Assembly (NCBI RefSeq): GCF_009914755.1 | Contig: NC_060948.1 | Strand: one strand, 5' to 3' | DNA length: 64,000 nt | From: the human T2T-CHM13v2.0 reference genome, Homo sapiens | Part shown: one piece after another, positions 26,401 through 41,400 of the stretch | Layout of the letters: every line of letters begins with the position of its first letter | Numbering within the stretch: position 1 is the first letter of the stretch | Made by a program: the position numbers and the translations under genes | Notes under the pieces: generated by a model | Seen by the model: only the letters and a program-made list of their open reading frames with translations | What the model was told of the DNA's origin: nothing | Database searches by the model: none

Positions 26401-29400
26401 ATGTAATGAACTCGAATGTAATTGACTGGAATGGAATGTACATGAATGGAATGTAATCGAATGGAAAGTAATCCAATGGAATAGAATCTAATGCAATAAA
26501 ATCGACTCAGATAGAGTAGAATGTAATGGAATGGAGTGCAGTACAATGGAATGGAATGGAATGCAATGGAATGGAATGGAATGGAATGGAATGGAATGGA
26601 ATGGGATGGAATGGGATGGAATGGTATGGAATGGATAGTAATGGACTGGAGTGAAATGGACTGGAAAGGAATGGACTCAAATTGAAAGGGCTCGAAAGGA
26701 ATGGAGTCAAATGGAATGGTCTGGAATGGAATGAACACGAATGTAATGCAATCCAATAGAATGGAATCGAATGGCATGGAATATAAAGAAATGGAATCGA
26801 AGAGAATGGAAACAAATGGAATGGAATTGAATGGAATGGAATTGAATGGAATGGGAACGAATGGAGTGAAATTGTATGCAGTAGAAGGGAATAGAATGGA
26901 ATGCAAGCGAAAGGAAAGGAATGGATTGGAATGGAATGGAATTCATTGGAATGGAAGGGAATGTAGTGTAATGGACAGGCCTGGAATAAAGTGGAATGCT
27001 ACGGTCTCGAATGGAATAAAAATGTATGGAATGGAATGCAATGAAACGGAATCGAATGTCATAGAATGTAATGGAATGCAAAAAAATGGAATCCAAAATC
27101 ATTGACTGGAAAGGCTGGGTGTCGAAAGGAATTGACTCCAATGGTATGGAATCGAATGGAATGGAAGTGAATAGAATCGAACTAAATCGAATGGAATGGA
27201 ATTGATAGGAACGGAATGGAAAGGAATGCAATGAATTGGCATGGAATGGAATCGAATGGCATCGAATGGAATCGAATGGAATGCAATGGAATGGAATGTA
27301 TTAGAATGTAATGAACTTTAATGGAATGTAATCGAATGGATTCGACTGGAATGGAATGTTCTGGAAGTGAATGGACTCCAATGGAATGGATTCCAAAGGA
27401 ATGGAATCGTACGGAATGGAATCTAATGGAATGGAATTAAATGGAAATGAATCAAATTGAATAGCACGGAATTGAATTGAATGGAATGGAATGCAATGGA
27501 ATCTAATGAAACGGAAAGGAAAGGAATGGAATGGAATGGAATGGGCTGGAATGGAAAGGAATCGAAACGAATGGAATGGAATCGAACTGAAGAGACTGGA
27601 ATGGAATGCACTGGAATGGAAGGGAGTGTAATGGAAGGTTCTCGAAAAAAATGGAATGGAATGGAATGGAATTGAATGGAACGGAATAGAGTCGAATGGA
27701 ATTGAATGGAATGGAATGGACTAGAGTGAAATGGAATCGAACCACAAGGAATGGACAGGAATAGAATGGTCTCGAATTGAATGGAATCGTATGGAATGGC
27801 ATCAAACGGAATGGAATGGACAGCCACGGAATGGAATGCACTCGAATGCAATGGAGTCGAAACTAATGGACTGGAATAGAATGGACTCGACTGGTACGGA
27901 CTCCAATGGAATGGAATCGAATGGAAGGGAATCGAACGGAATGGACTCGAAGGGAAAAGACTGCAATGGAAAGGTCTCGAATGGAATGGAAATTAATGGA
28001 ATGGAATGGAATCGAATGAAATGGAGTCAAAAGGAATGGAATCGAATGGCAAGAAATCGAATGTAATGGAATCGCAAGGAATTGATGTGAACGGAACGGA
28101 ATGGAATGGAATCCAAAGGAATGGAATAGAATGGAATGGAATCGAATGGAAAGGACTCGAATGGAAATCACTCGAATAGAATGCAATTTAATAAAATAGG
28201 ATCAAATGTAATGGAATGGAATGGAAAGGAATCGAAACGAAAGGAATGGAGACAGATGGAATGGAATGGAACAGAGAGCAATGGTATAGAATGGAATGGA
28301 ATCATCTGGAATGGAATTGAATGGAATGGAATAATATGAAATGGAATGGAATGGAATGGAATGGAATGCCCTTGAATTAAATGGACTGGAATGGAATGGA
28401 CTCGAACAGAGTGGAATGGAAAGTGTTGAGATAGAATGGAATGGACTCCTTTGGAATGGTGTAGTATGCAATGCAATCGACTGGCAGGGAATCAAAAGGA
28501 ATGTAATCGAATGGATTGGACTGGAATGCAATGGACTCGAATAGATTGGAAACGGAATGCAAAGGAATGGAATGGAATAGTATGGAATGGAATGGAAAGG
28601 AATGGAGTGGAATAGACTAGAGTGGAATGGAATGGACTGGAAAGCAATGGACTGGAATGGAACTTTCTTGAATGGACTGGAATCAAACGGAATGGAATGC
28701 AATGCAATCAAATGGCATGGAATAAAATAGAATGAAAGAGAATCAAATGGAATTGAATCGAATGGAATCGAATGGATTGGAAAGGAATAGAATGGAATGG
28801 AATGGAATGGACTAGAATGGAATGGATTCGAATGGAAGGCAAAAGAATGGAATCTATTGGAATGGACTGTAATGGAATGGAATGGAAGGGATTGGAATGG
28901 ACTCGAATGGAATGGACTGCAATAGAAAGGATTCGAATGGAATGAAAAAGAATTGAATGGAATAGAACAGAATGGAATCAAATCGAATGAAATGGAATGG
29001 AATAGAAAGGAATGGAATGAAATGGAATGGAAAGGATTCGAATGGAATGCAATCGAATGGAATGGAATCGAACGGAATGGAATAAAATGGAAGAAAACTG
29101 GCAAGAAATGGAATAGAAATGAATGGAGTGTTATGGAACGGACTCAAAAGGAATTGAATGTAATAGAATGGAGTGGAGTGGACTCGAATATAATGGACTG
29201 GAATGGAATGAAATCACATGGAATGGGAACGAATGGAATGGAATGGAAAGGAATGGAATCGAATGGAAAGGAATCGAATGGAAGGGAATGAAATTGAATC
29301 AACAGGAATGGAAGGGAATAGAATAGACGGTAATGGAATGGACTCGAATAGAATGGACACGAATGCTCAAATTGAATGGACTCGAATGGAATGGAAACGA

Positions 29401-32400
29401 AAGGAATGTCATCGAATGGAATTGAATCGATTGGAATGAAATCGCATAGAATGGAGTGGAATCAAATGGAATTGAATCGAAAGGAAAGGAAGCGAATGGA
29501 CTGAAATGAAATGGAATGGAATTGAATGGAAAGTAATGCAATGGAATAGAATGGAACGAAATTTCACGGAATGGAATCAAACTGAATGGAATCAAATCAA
29601 TGGAATCAAATCAAATGGAATGGAAAGGAATTGAATGGAGTAGATTGGATTGGATGGGATTGGAATGAAATGTACTGGAAAGGACTCGAATTTCATGAAA
29701 CGGAATGGAATGAATTGGAACGGAATGGACTCGAATGGAATGGAATGTCATGGAATGGCATCAAATGGAATGGCATCAAATGGAATGGAATCGAATGCAA
29801 TGGAATGCTATGGAATGGAATGGAATGCATTGGAATGGAATGTCCTCTAATGGAATGGATTCGAGTGGAATGGAATCGAATATAATGGAGTCGAATGAAA
29901 TGGAATTGAAAGGAGTGGGATCGAATACAATGGAATATACTGGAATGTAATGTAATGAACTCGAATGTAATTGACTGGAATGGAATGTACATGAATGGAA
30001 TGTAATCGAATGGAAAGTAATCCAATGGAATAGAATCTAATGCAATAAAACCGACTCAGATAGAGTAGAATGTAATGGAATGGAGTGCAGTGCAATGGAA
30101 TGGAATGGAATGGAATGCAATGGAATGGAATGGAATGGAATGGAATGGAATGGAATGGAATGGAATGGAATGGGATGGAATGGGATGGAATGGATAGTAA
30201 TGGACTGGAGTGAAATGGACTGGAAAGGAATGGACTCAAATTGAAAGGCCTCGAAAGGAATGGAGTCAAATGGAATGGTCTGGAATGGAATGAACACGAA
30301 TGTAATGCAATCCAATAGAATGGAATCGAATGGCATGGAATATAAAGAAATGGAATCGAAGAGAATGGAAACAAATGGAATGGAATTGAATGGAATGGAA
30401 TTGAATGGAATGGGAACGAATGGAGTGAAATTGTATGCAGTAGAAGGGAATAGAATGGAATGCAAGCGAAAGGAAAGGAATGGATTGGAATGGAATGGAA
30501 TTCATTGGAATGGAAGGGAATGTAGTGTAATGGACAGGCCTGGAATAAAGTGGAATGCTACTGTCTCGAATGGAATAAAAATGTATGGAATGGAATGCAA
30601 TGAAACGGAATCGAATGTCATAGAATGTAATGGAATGCAAAAAAATGGAATCCAAAATCATTGACTGGAAAGGCTGGGTGTCGAAAGGAATTGACTCCAA
30701 TGGAATGGAATCGAATGGAATGGAAGTGAATAGAATCGAACTAAATCGAATGGAATGGAATTGATAGGAACGGAATGGAAAGGAATGCAATGATTTGGCA
30801 TGGAATGGAATCGAATGGCATCGAATGGAATGGAATGGAATGCAATGGAATGGAATGTATTAGAATGTAATGAACTTTAATGGAATGTACTCGAATGGAT
30901 TCGACTGGAATGGAATGTTCTGGAAGTGAATGGACTCCAATGGAATGGATTCAAAAGGAATGGAATCGTACGGAATGGAATCTAATGGAATGGAATTAAA
31001 TGGAAATGAATCAAATTGAATAGCACGGAATTGAATTGAATGGAATGGAATGCAATGGAATCTAATGAAACGGAAAGGAAAGGAATGGAATGGAATGGAA
31101 TGGGCTGGAATGGAAAGGAATCGAAACGAATGGAATGGAATCGAACTGAAGAGACTGGAATGGAATGCACTGGAATGGAAGGGAGTGTAATGGAAGGTTC
31201 TCGAAAAAAATGGAATCGAATGGAATGGAATTGAATGGAACGGAATAGAGTCGAATGGAATTGAATGGAATGGAATGGACTAGAGTGAAATGGAATCGAA
31301 CCACAAGGAATGGACAGGAATAGAATGGTCTCGAATTGAATGGAATCGTATGGAATGGCATCAAACGGAATGGAATGGACAGCCACGGAATGGAATGCAC
31401 TCGAATGCAATGGAGTCGAAACTAATGGACTGGAATAGAATGGACTCGACTGGTACGGACTCCAATGGAATGGAATCGAATGGAAGGGAATCGAACGGAA
31501 TGGACTCGAAGGGAAAAGACTGCAATGGAAAGGTCTCGAATGGAATGGAAATTAATGGAATGGAATGGAATCGAATGAAATGGAGTCAAAAGGAATGGAA
31601 TCGAATGGCAAGAAATCGAATGTAATGGAATCGCAAGGAATTGATGTGAACGGAACGGAATGGAATGGAATCCAAAGGAATGGAATAGAATGGAATGGAA
31701 TCGAATGGAAAGGACTCGAATGGAAATCACTCGAATAGAATGCAATTTAATAAAATAGGATCAAATGTAATGGAATGGAATGGAAAGGAATCGAAACGAA
31801 AGGAATGGAGACAGATGGAATGGAATGGAACAGAGAGCAATGGTATAGAATGGAATGGAATCATCTGGAATGGAATTGAATGGAATGGAATAATATGAAA
31901 TGGAATGGAATGGAATGGAATGGAATGTACTTGAATTAAATGGACTGGAATGGAATGGACTCGAACAGAGTGGAATGTAAAGTGTTGAGATAGAATGCAA
32001 TGGACTCCTTTGGAATGGTGTAGTATGCAATGCAATCGACTGGCAGGGAATCAAAAGGAATGTAATGGAATGGATTGGACTGGAATGCAATGGACTCGAA
32101 TAGATTGGAAACGGAATGCAAAGGAATGGAATGGAATAGTATGGAATGGAATGGAAAGGAATGGAGTGGAATAGACTAGAGTGGAATGGAATGGACTGGA
32201 AAGCAATGGACTGGAATGGAACTTTCTTGAATGGACTGGAATCAAACGGAATGGAATGCAATGCAATCAAATGGCATGGAATAAAATAGAATGAAAGAGA
32301 ACCAAATGGAATTGAATCGAATGGAATCGAATGGATTGGAAAGGAATAGAATGGAATGGAATGGAATTGACTCAAATGGAATGGACTAGAATGGAATGGA

Positions 32401-35400
32401 TTCGAATGGAAGGCAAAGGAATGGAATCTATTGGAATGGACTGTAATGGAATGGAATGGAAGGGATTGGAATGGACTCGAATGGAATGGACTGCAATAGA
32501 AAGGATTCGAATGGAATGAAAAAGAATTGAATGGAATAGAACAGAATGGAATCAAATCGAATGAAATGGAATGGAATAGAAAGGAATGGAATGAAATGGA
32601 ATGGAAAGGATTCGAATGGAATGCAATCGAATGGAATGGAATCGAACGGAATGGAATAAAATGGAAGAAAACTGGCAAGAAATGGAATCGAAATGAATGG
32701 AGTGTTATGGAACGGACTCAAAAGGAATTGAATGTAATAGAATGGAGTGGAGTGGACTCGAATATAATGGACTGGAATGGAATGAAATCACATGGAATGG
32801 GAACGAATGGAATGGAATGGAAAGGAATGGAATCGAATGGAAAGGAATCGAATGGAAGGGAATGAAATTGAATCAACAGGAATGGAAGGGAATAGAATAG
32901 ACGGTAATGGAATGGACTCGAATAGAATGGACACGAATGCTCAAATCGAATGGACTCGAATGGAATGGAAACGAAAGGAATGTCATCGAATGGAATTGAA
33001 TGGATTGGAATGAAATCGCATAGAATGGAGTGGAATCAAATGGAATTGAATCGAAAGGAAAGGAAGCGAATGGACTGAAATGAAATGGAATGGAATTGAA
33101 TGGAAAGTAATGCAATGGAATAGAATGGAACGAAATTTCACGGAATGGAATCAAACTGAATGGAATCAAATCAATGGAATCAAATCAAATGGAATGGAAA
33201 GGAATTGAATGGAGTAGATTGGATTGGATGGGATTGGAATGAAATGTACTGGAAAGGACTCGAATTTCATGAAACGGAATGGAATGAATTGGAACGGAAT
33301 GGACTCGAATGGAATGGAATGTCATGGAATGGCATCAAATGGAATGGCATCAAATGGAATGGAATCGAATGCAATGGAATGCTATGGAATGGAATGGAAT
33401 GCATTGGAATGGAATGTCCTCTAATGGAATGGATTCGAGTGGAATGGAATCGAATATAATGGAGTCGAATGAAATGGAATTGAAAGGAATGGGATCGAAT
33501 ACAATGGAATATACTGGAATGTAATGTAATGAACTCGAATGTAATTGACTGGAATGGAATGTACATGAATGGAATGTAATCGATTGGAAAGTAATCCAAT
33601 GGAATAGAATCTAATGCAATAAAATCGACTCAGATAGAGTAGAATGTAATGGAATGGAGTGCAGTGCAATGGAATGGAATGGAATGGAATGCAATGGAAT
33701 GGAATGGAATGGAATGGAATGGAATGGAATGGAATGGAATGGGATGGAATGGGATGGAATGGTATGGAATGGATAGTAATGGACTGGAGTGAAATGGACT
33801 GGAAAGGAATGGACTCAAATTGAAAGGGCTCGAAAGGAATGGAGTCAAATGTAATGGTCTGGAATGGAATGAACACGAATGTAATGCAATCCAATAGAAT
33901 GGAATCGAATGGCATGGAATATAAAGAAATGGAATCGAAGAGAATGGAAACAAATGGAATGGAATTGAATGGAATGGAATTGAATGGAATGGGAACGAAT
34001 GGAGTGAAATTGTATGCAGTAGAAGGGAATAGAATGGAATGCAAGCGAAAGGAAAGGAATGGATTGGAATGGAATGGAATTCATTGGAATGGAAGGGAAT
34101 GTAGTGTAATGGACAGGCCTGGAATAAAGTGGAATGCTACGGTCTCGAATGGAATAAAAATGTATGGAATGGAATGCAATGAAACGTAATCGAATGTCAT
34201 AGAATGTAATGGAATGCAAAAAAATGGAATCCAAAATCATTGACTGGAAAGGCTGGGTGTCGAAAGGAATTGACTCCAATGGAATGGAATCGAATGGAAT
34301 GGAAGTGAATAGAATCGAACTAAATCGAATGGAATGGAATTGATAGGAACGGAATGGAAAGGAATGCAATGATTTGGCATGGAATGGAATCGAATGGCAT
34401 CGAATGGAATGGAATGGAATGCAATGGAATGGAATGTATTAGAATGTAATGAACTTTAATGGAATGTACTCGAATGGATTCGACTGGAATGGAATGTTCT
34501 GGAAGTGAATGGACTCCAATGGAATGGATTCAAAAGGAATGGAATCGTACGGAATGGAATCTAATGGAATGGAATTAAATGGAAATGAATCAAATTGAAT
34601 AGCACGGAATTGAATTGAATGGAATGGAATGCAATGGAATCTAATGAAACGGAAAGGAAAGGAATGGAATGGAATGGAATGGGCTGGAATGGAAAGGAAT
34701 CGAAACGAATGGAATGGAATCGAACTGAAGAGACTGGAATGGAATGCACTGGAATGGAAGGGAGTGTAATGGAAGGTTCTCGAAAAAAATGGAATCGAAT
34801 GGAATGGAATTGAATGGAACGGAATAGAGTCGAATGGAATTGAATGGAATGGAATGGACTAGAGTGAAATGGAATCGAACCACAAGGAATGGACAGGAAT
34901 AGAATGGTCTCGAATTGAATGGAATCGTATGGAATGGCATCAAACGGAATGGAATGGACAGCCACGGAATGGAATGCACTCGAATGCAATGGAGTCGAAA
35001 CTAATGGACTGGAATAGAATGGACTCGACTGGTACGGACTCCAATGGAATGGAATCGAATGGAAGGGAATCGAACGGAATGGACTCGAAGGGAAAAGACT
35101 GCAATGGAAAGGTCTCGAATGGAATGGAAATTAATGGAATGGAATGGAATCGAATGAAATGGAGTCAAAAGGAATGGAATCGAATGGCAAGAAATCGAAT
35201 GTAATGGAATCGCAAGGAATTGATGTGAACGGAACGGAATGGAATGGAATCCAAAGGAATGGAATAGAATGGAATGGAATCGAATGGAAAGGACTCGAAT
35301 GGAAATCACTCGAATAGAATGCAATTTAATAAAATAGGATCAAATGTAATGGAATGGAATGGAAAGGAATCGAAACGAAAGGAATGGAGACAGATGGAAT

Positions 35401-38400
35401 GGAATGGAACAGAGAGCAATGGTATAGAATGGAATGGAATCATCTGGAATGGAATTGAATGGAATGGAATAATATGAAATGGAATGGAATGGAATGGAAT
35501 GGAATGGAATGGAATGCCCTTGAATTAAATGGACTGGAATGGAATGGACTCGAACAGAGTGGAATGGAAAGTGTTGAGATAGAATGCAATGGACTCCTTC
35601 GGAATGGTCTAGTATGCAATGCAATCGACTGGCAGGGAATCAAAAGGAATGTAATCGAATGGATTGGACTGGAATGCAGTGGACTCGAATAGATTGGAAA
35701 CGGAATGCAAAGGAATGGAATGGAATAGTATGGAATGGAATGGAAAGGAATGGAGTGGAATAGACTAGAGTGGAATGGAATGGACTGGAAAGCAATGGAC
35801 TGGAATGGAACTTTCTTGAATGGACTGGAATCAAACGGAATGGAATGCAATGCAATCAAGTGGCATGGAATAAAATAGAATGAAAGAGAATCAAATTGAA
35901 TTGAATCGAATGGAATCGAATGGATTGGAAAGGAATAGAATGGAATGGAATGGAATTGACTCAAATGGAATGGACTAGAATGGAATGGATTCGAATGGAA
36001 GGCAAAGGAATGGAACCTATTGGAATGGACTGTAATGGAATGGAATGGAAGGGATTGGAATGGACTCGAATGGAATGGACTGCAATAGAAAGGATTCGAA
36101 TGGAATGAAAAAGAATTGAACGGAATAGAACAGAATGGAATCAAATCGAATGAAATGGAATGGAATAGAAAGGAATGGAATGAAATGGAATGGAAAGGAT
36201 TCGAATGGAATGCAATCGAATGGAATGGAATCGAACGGAATGGAATAAAATGGAAGAAAACTGGCAAGAAATGGAATCGAAATGAATGGAGTGTTATGGA
36301 ACGGACTCAAAAGGAATTGAATGTAATAGAATGGAGTGGAGTGGACTCGAATATAATGGACTGGAATGGAATGAAATCACATGGAATGGGAACGAATGGA
36401 ATGGAATGGAAAGGAATGGAATCGAATGGAAAGGAATCGAATGGAAGGGAATGAAATTGAATCAACAGGAATAGAAGGGAATAGAATAGACGGTAATGGA
36501 ATGGACTCGAATAGAATGGACACGAATGCTCAAATTGAATGGACTCCAATGGAATGGAAACGAAAGGAATGTCATCGAATAGAATTGAATCGATTGGAAT
36601 GAAATCGCAAGAATGGAGTGGAATCAAATGGAATTGAATCGAAAGGAAAGGAAGCGAATGGACTGAAATGAAATGGAATGGAATTGAATGGAAAGTAATG
36701 CAATGGAATAGAATGGAACGAAATTTCACGGAATGGAATCAAACTGAAAGGAATCAAATCAATGGAATCTAATCAAATGGAATGGAAAGGAATTGAATGG
36801 AGTAGATTGGATTGGATGGGATTGGAGTGAAATGTACTGGAAAGGACTCGAATTTCATGAAACGGAATGGAATGAATTGGAACGGAATGGACTCGAATGG
36901 AATGGAATTTCAGGGAATGGCATCAAATGGAATGGCATCAAATGGAATGGAATCGAATGCAATGGAATGCTATGGAATGGAATGGAATGCATTGGAATGG
37001 AATGTCCTCTAATGGAATGGATTCGAGTGGAATGGAATCGAATATAATGGAGTCGAATGAAATGGAATTGAAAGGAATGGGATCGAATACAATGGAATAT
37101 GCTGGAATGTAATGTAATGAACTCGAATGTAATTGACTGGAATGGAATGTACATGAATGGAATGTAATCGAATGGAAAGTAATCCAATGGAATAGAATCT
37201 AATGCAATAAAATCGACTCAGATAGAGTAGAATGTAATGGAATGGAGTGCAGTACAATGGAATGGAATGGAATGCAATGGAATGGAATGGAATGGAATGG
37301 AATGGAATGGAATGGGATGGAATGGGATGGAATGGTATGGAATGGATAGTAATGGACTGGAGTGAAATGGACTGGAAAGGAATGGACTCAAATTGAAAGG
37401 GCTCGAAAGGAATGGAGTCAAATGGAATGGTCTGGAATGGAATGAACACGAATGTAATGCAATCCAATAGAATGGAATCGAATGGCATGGAATATAAAGA
37501 AATGGAATCGAAGAGAATGGAAACAAATGGAATGGAATTGAATGGAATGGAATTGAATGGAATGGGAACGAATGGAGTGAAATTGTATGCAGTAGAAGGG
37601 AATAGAATGGAATGCAAGCGAAAGGAAAGGAATGGATTGGAATGGAATGGAATTCATTGGAATGGAAGGGAATGTAGTGTAATGGACAGGCCTGGAATAA
37701 AGTGGAATGCTACGGTCTCGAATGGAATAAAAATGTAAGGAATGGAATGCAATGAAACGGAATCGAATGTCATAGAATGTAATGGAATGCAAAAAAATGG
37801 AATCCAAAATCATTGACTGGAAAGGCTGGGTGTCGAAAGGAATTGACTCCAATGGTATGGAATCGAATGGAATGGAAGTGAATAGAATCGAACTAAATCG
37901 AATGGAATGGAATTGATAGGAACGGAATGGAAAGGAATGCAATGAATTGGCATGGAATGGAATCGAATGGCATCGAATGGAATCGAATGGAATGCAATGG
38001 AATGGAATGTATTAGAATGTAATGAACTTTAATGGAATGTAATCGAATGGATTCGACTGGAATGGAATGTTCTGGAAGTGAATGGACTCCAATGGAATGG
38101 ATTCCAAAGGAATGGAATCGTACGGAATGGAATCTAATGGAATGGAATTAAATGGAAATGAATCAAATTGAATAGCACGGAATTGAATTGAATGGAATGG
38201 AATGCAATGGAATCTAATGAAACGGAAAGGAAAGGAATGGAATGGAATGGAATGGGCTGGAATGGAAAGGAATCGAAACGAATGGAATGGAATCGAACTG
38301 AAGAGACTGGAATGGAATGCACTGGAATGGAAGGGAGTGTAATGGAAGGTTCTCGAAAAAAATGGAATGGAATGGAATGGAATTGAATGGAACGGAATAG

Positions 38401-41400
38401 AGTCGAATGGAATTGAATGGAATGGAATGGACTAGAGTGAAATGGAATCGAACCACAAGGAATGGACAGGAATAGAATGGTCTCGAATTGAATGGAATCG
38501 TATGGAATGGCATCAAACGGAATGGAATGGACAGCCACGGAATGGAATGCACTCGAATGCAATGGAGTCGAAACTAATGGACTGGAATAGAATGGACTCG
38601 ACTGGTACGGACTCCAATGGAATGGAATCGAATAGAAGGGAATCGAACGGAATGGACTCGAAGGGAAAAGACTGCAATGGAAAGGTCTCGAATGGAATGG
38701 AAATTAATGGAATGGAATGGAATCGAATGAAATGGAGTCAAAAGGAATGGAATCGAATGGCAAGAAATCGAATGTAATGGAATCGCAAGGAATTGATGTG
38801 AACGGAACGGAATGGAATGGAATCCAAAGGAATGGAATAGAATGGAATGGAATCGAATGGAAAGGACTCGAATGGAAATCACTCGAATAGAATGCAATTT
38901 AATAAAATAGGATCAAATGTAATGGAATGGAATGGAAAGGAATCGAAACGAAAGGAATGGAGACAGATGGAATGGAATGGAACAGAGAGCAATGGTATAG
39001 AATGGAATGGAATCATCTGGAATGGAATTGAATGGAATGGAATAATATGAAATGGAATGGAATGGAATGGAATGGAATGCCCTTGAATTAAATGGACTGG
39101 AATGGAATGGACTCGAACAGAGTGGAATGGAAAGTGTTGAGATAGAATGGAATGGACTCCTTTGGAATGGTGTAGTATGCAATGCAATCGACTGGCAGGG
39201 AATCAAAAGGAATGTAATGGAATGGATTGGACTGGAATGCAATGGACTCGAATAGATTGGAAACGGAATGCAAAGGAATGGAATGGAATAGTATGGAATG
39301 GAATGGAAAGGAATGGAGTGGAATAGACTAGAGTGGAATGGAATGGACTGGAAAGCAATGGACTGGAATGGAACTTTCTTGAATGGACTGGAATCAAACG
39401 GAATGGAATGCAATGCAATCAAATGGCATGGAATAAAATAGAATGAAAGAGAATCAAATGGAATTGAATCGAATGGAATCGAATGGATTGGAAAGGAATA
39501 GAATGGAATGGAATGGAATGGACTAGAATGGAATGGATTCGAATGGAAGGCAAAGGAATGGAATCTATTGGAATGGACTGTAATGGAATGGAATGGAAGG
39601 GATTGGAATGGACTCGAATGGAATGGACTGCAATAGAAAGGATTCGAATGGAATGAAAAAGAATTGAATGGAATAGAACAGAATGGAATCAAATCGAATG
39701 AAATGGAATGGAATAGAAAGGAATGGAATGAAATGGAATGGAAAGGATTCGAATGGAATGCAATCGAATGGAATGGAATCGAACGGAATGGAATAAAATG
39801 GAAGAAAACTGGCAAGAAATGGAATCGAAATGAATGGAGTGTTATGGAACGGACTCAAAAGGAATTGAATGTAATAGAATGGAGTGGAGTGGACTCGAAT
39901 ATAATGGACTGGAATGGAATGAAATCACATGGAATGGGAACGAATGGAATGGAATGGAAAGGAATGGAATCGAATGGAAAGGAATCGAATGGAAGGGAAT
40001 GAAATTGAATCAACAGGAATGGAAGGGAATAGAATAGACGGTAATGGAATGGACTCGAATAGAATGGACACGAATGCTCAAATTGAATGGACTCGAATGG
40101 AATGGAAACGAAAGGAATGTCATCGAATGGAATTGAATCGATTGGAATGAAATCGCATAGAATGGAGTGGAATCAAATGGAATTGAATCGAAAGGAAAGG
40201 AAGCGAATGGACTGAAATGAAATGGAATGGAATTGAATGGAAAGTAATGCAATGGAATAGAATGGAACGAAATTTCACGGAATGGAATCAAACTGAATGG
40301 AATCAAATCAATAGAATCAAATCAAATGGAATGGAAAGGAATTGAATGGAGTAGATTGGATTGGATGGGATTGGAATGAAATGTACTGGAAAGGACTCGA
40401 ATTTCACAAAACGGAATGGAATGAATTGGAACGGAATGGACTCGAATGGAATGGAATGTCATGGAATGGCATCAAATGGAATGGCATCAAATGGAATGGA
40501 ATCGAATGCAATGGAATGCTATGGAATGGAATGGAATGCATTGGAATGGAATGTCCTCTAATGGAATGGATTCGAGTGGAATGGAATCGAATATAATGGA
40601 GTCGAATGAAATGGAATTGAAAGGAGTGGGATCGAATACAATGGAATATACTGGAATGTAATGTAATGAACTCGAATGTAATTGACTGGAATGGAATGTA
40701 CATGAATGGAATGTAATCGAATGGAAAGTAATCCAATGGAATAGAATCTAATGCAATAAAACCGACTCAGATAGAGTAGAATGTAATGGAATGGAGTGCA
40801 GTGCAATGGAATGGAATGGAATGGAATGCAATGGAATGGAATGGAATGGAATGGAATGGAATGGAATGGAATGGGATGGAATGGGATGGAATGGATAGTA
40901 ATGGACTGGAGTGAAATGGACTGGAAAGGAATGGACTCAAATTGAAAGGCCTCGAAAGGAATGGAGTCAAATGGAATGGTCTGGAATGGAATGAACACGA
41001 ATGTAATGCAATCCAATAGAATGGAATCGAATGGCATGGAATATAAAGAAATGGAATCGAAGAGAATGGAAACAAATGGAATGGAATTGAATGGAATGGA
41101 ATTGAATGGAATGGGAACGAATGGAGTGAAATTGTATGCAGTAGAAGGGAATAGAATGGAATGCAAGCGAAAGGAAAGGAATGGATTGGAATGGAATGGA
41201 ATTCATTGGAATGGAAGGGAATGTAGTGTAATGGACAGGCCTGGAATAAAGTGGAATGCTACTGTCTCGAATGGAATAAAAATGTATGGAATGGAATGCA
41301 ATGAAACGGAATCGAATGTCATAGAATGTAATGGAATGCAAAAAAATGGAATCCAAAATCATTGACTGGAAAGGCTGGGTGTCGAAAGGAATTGACTCCA

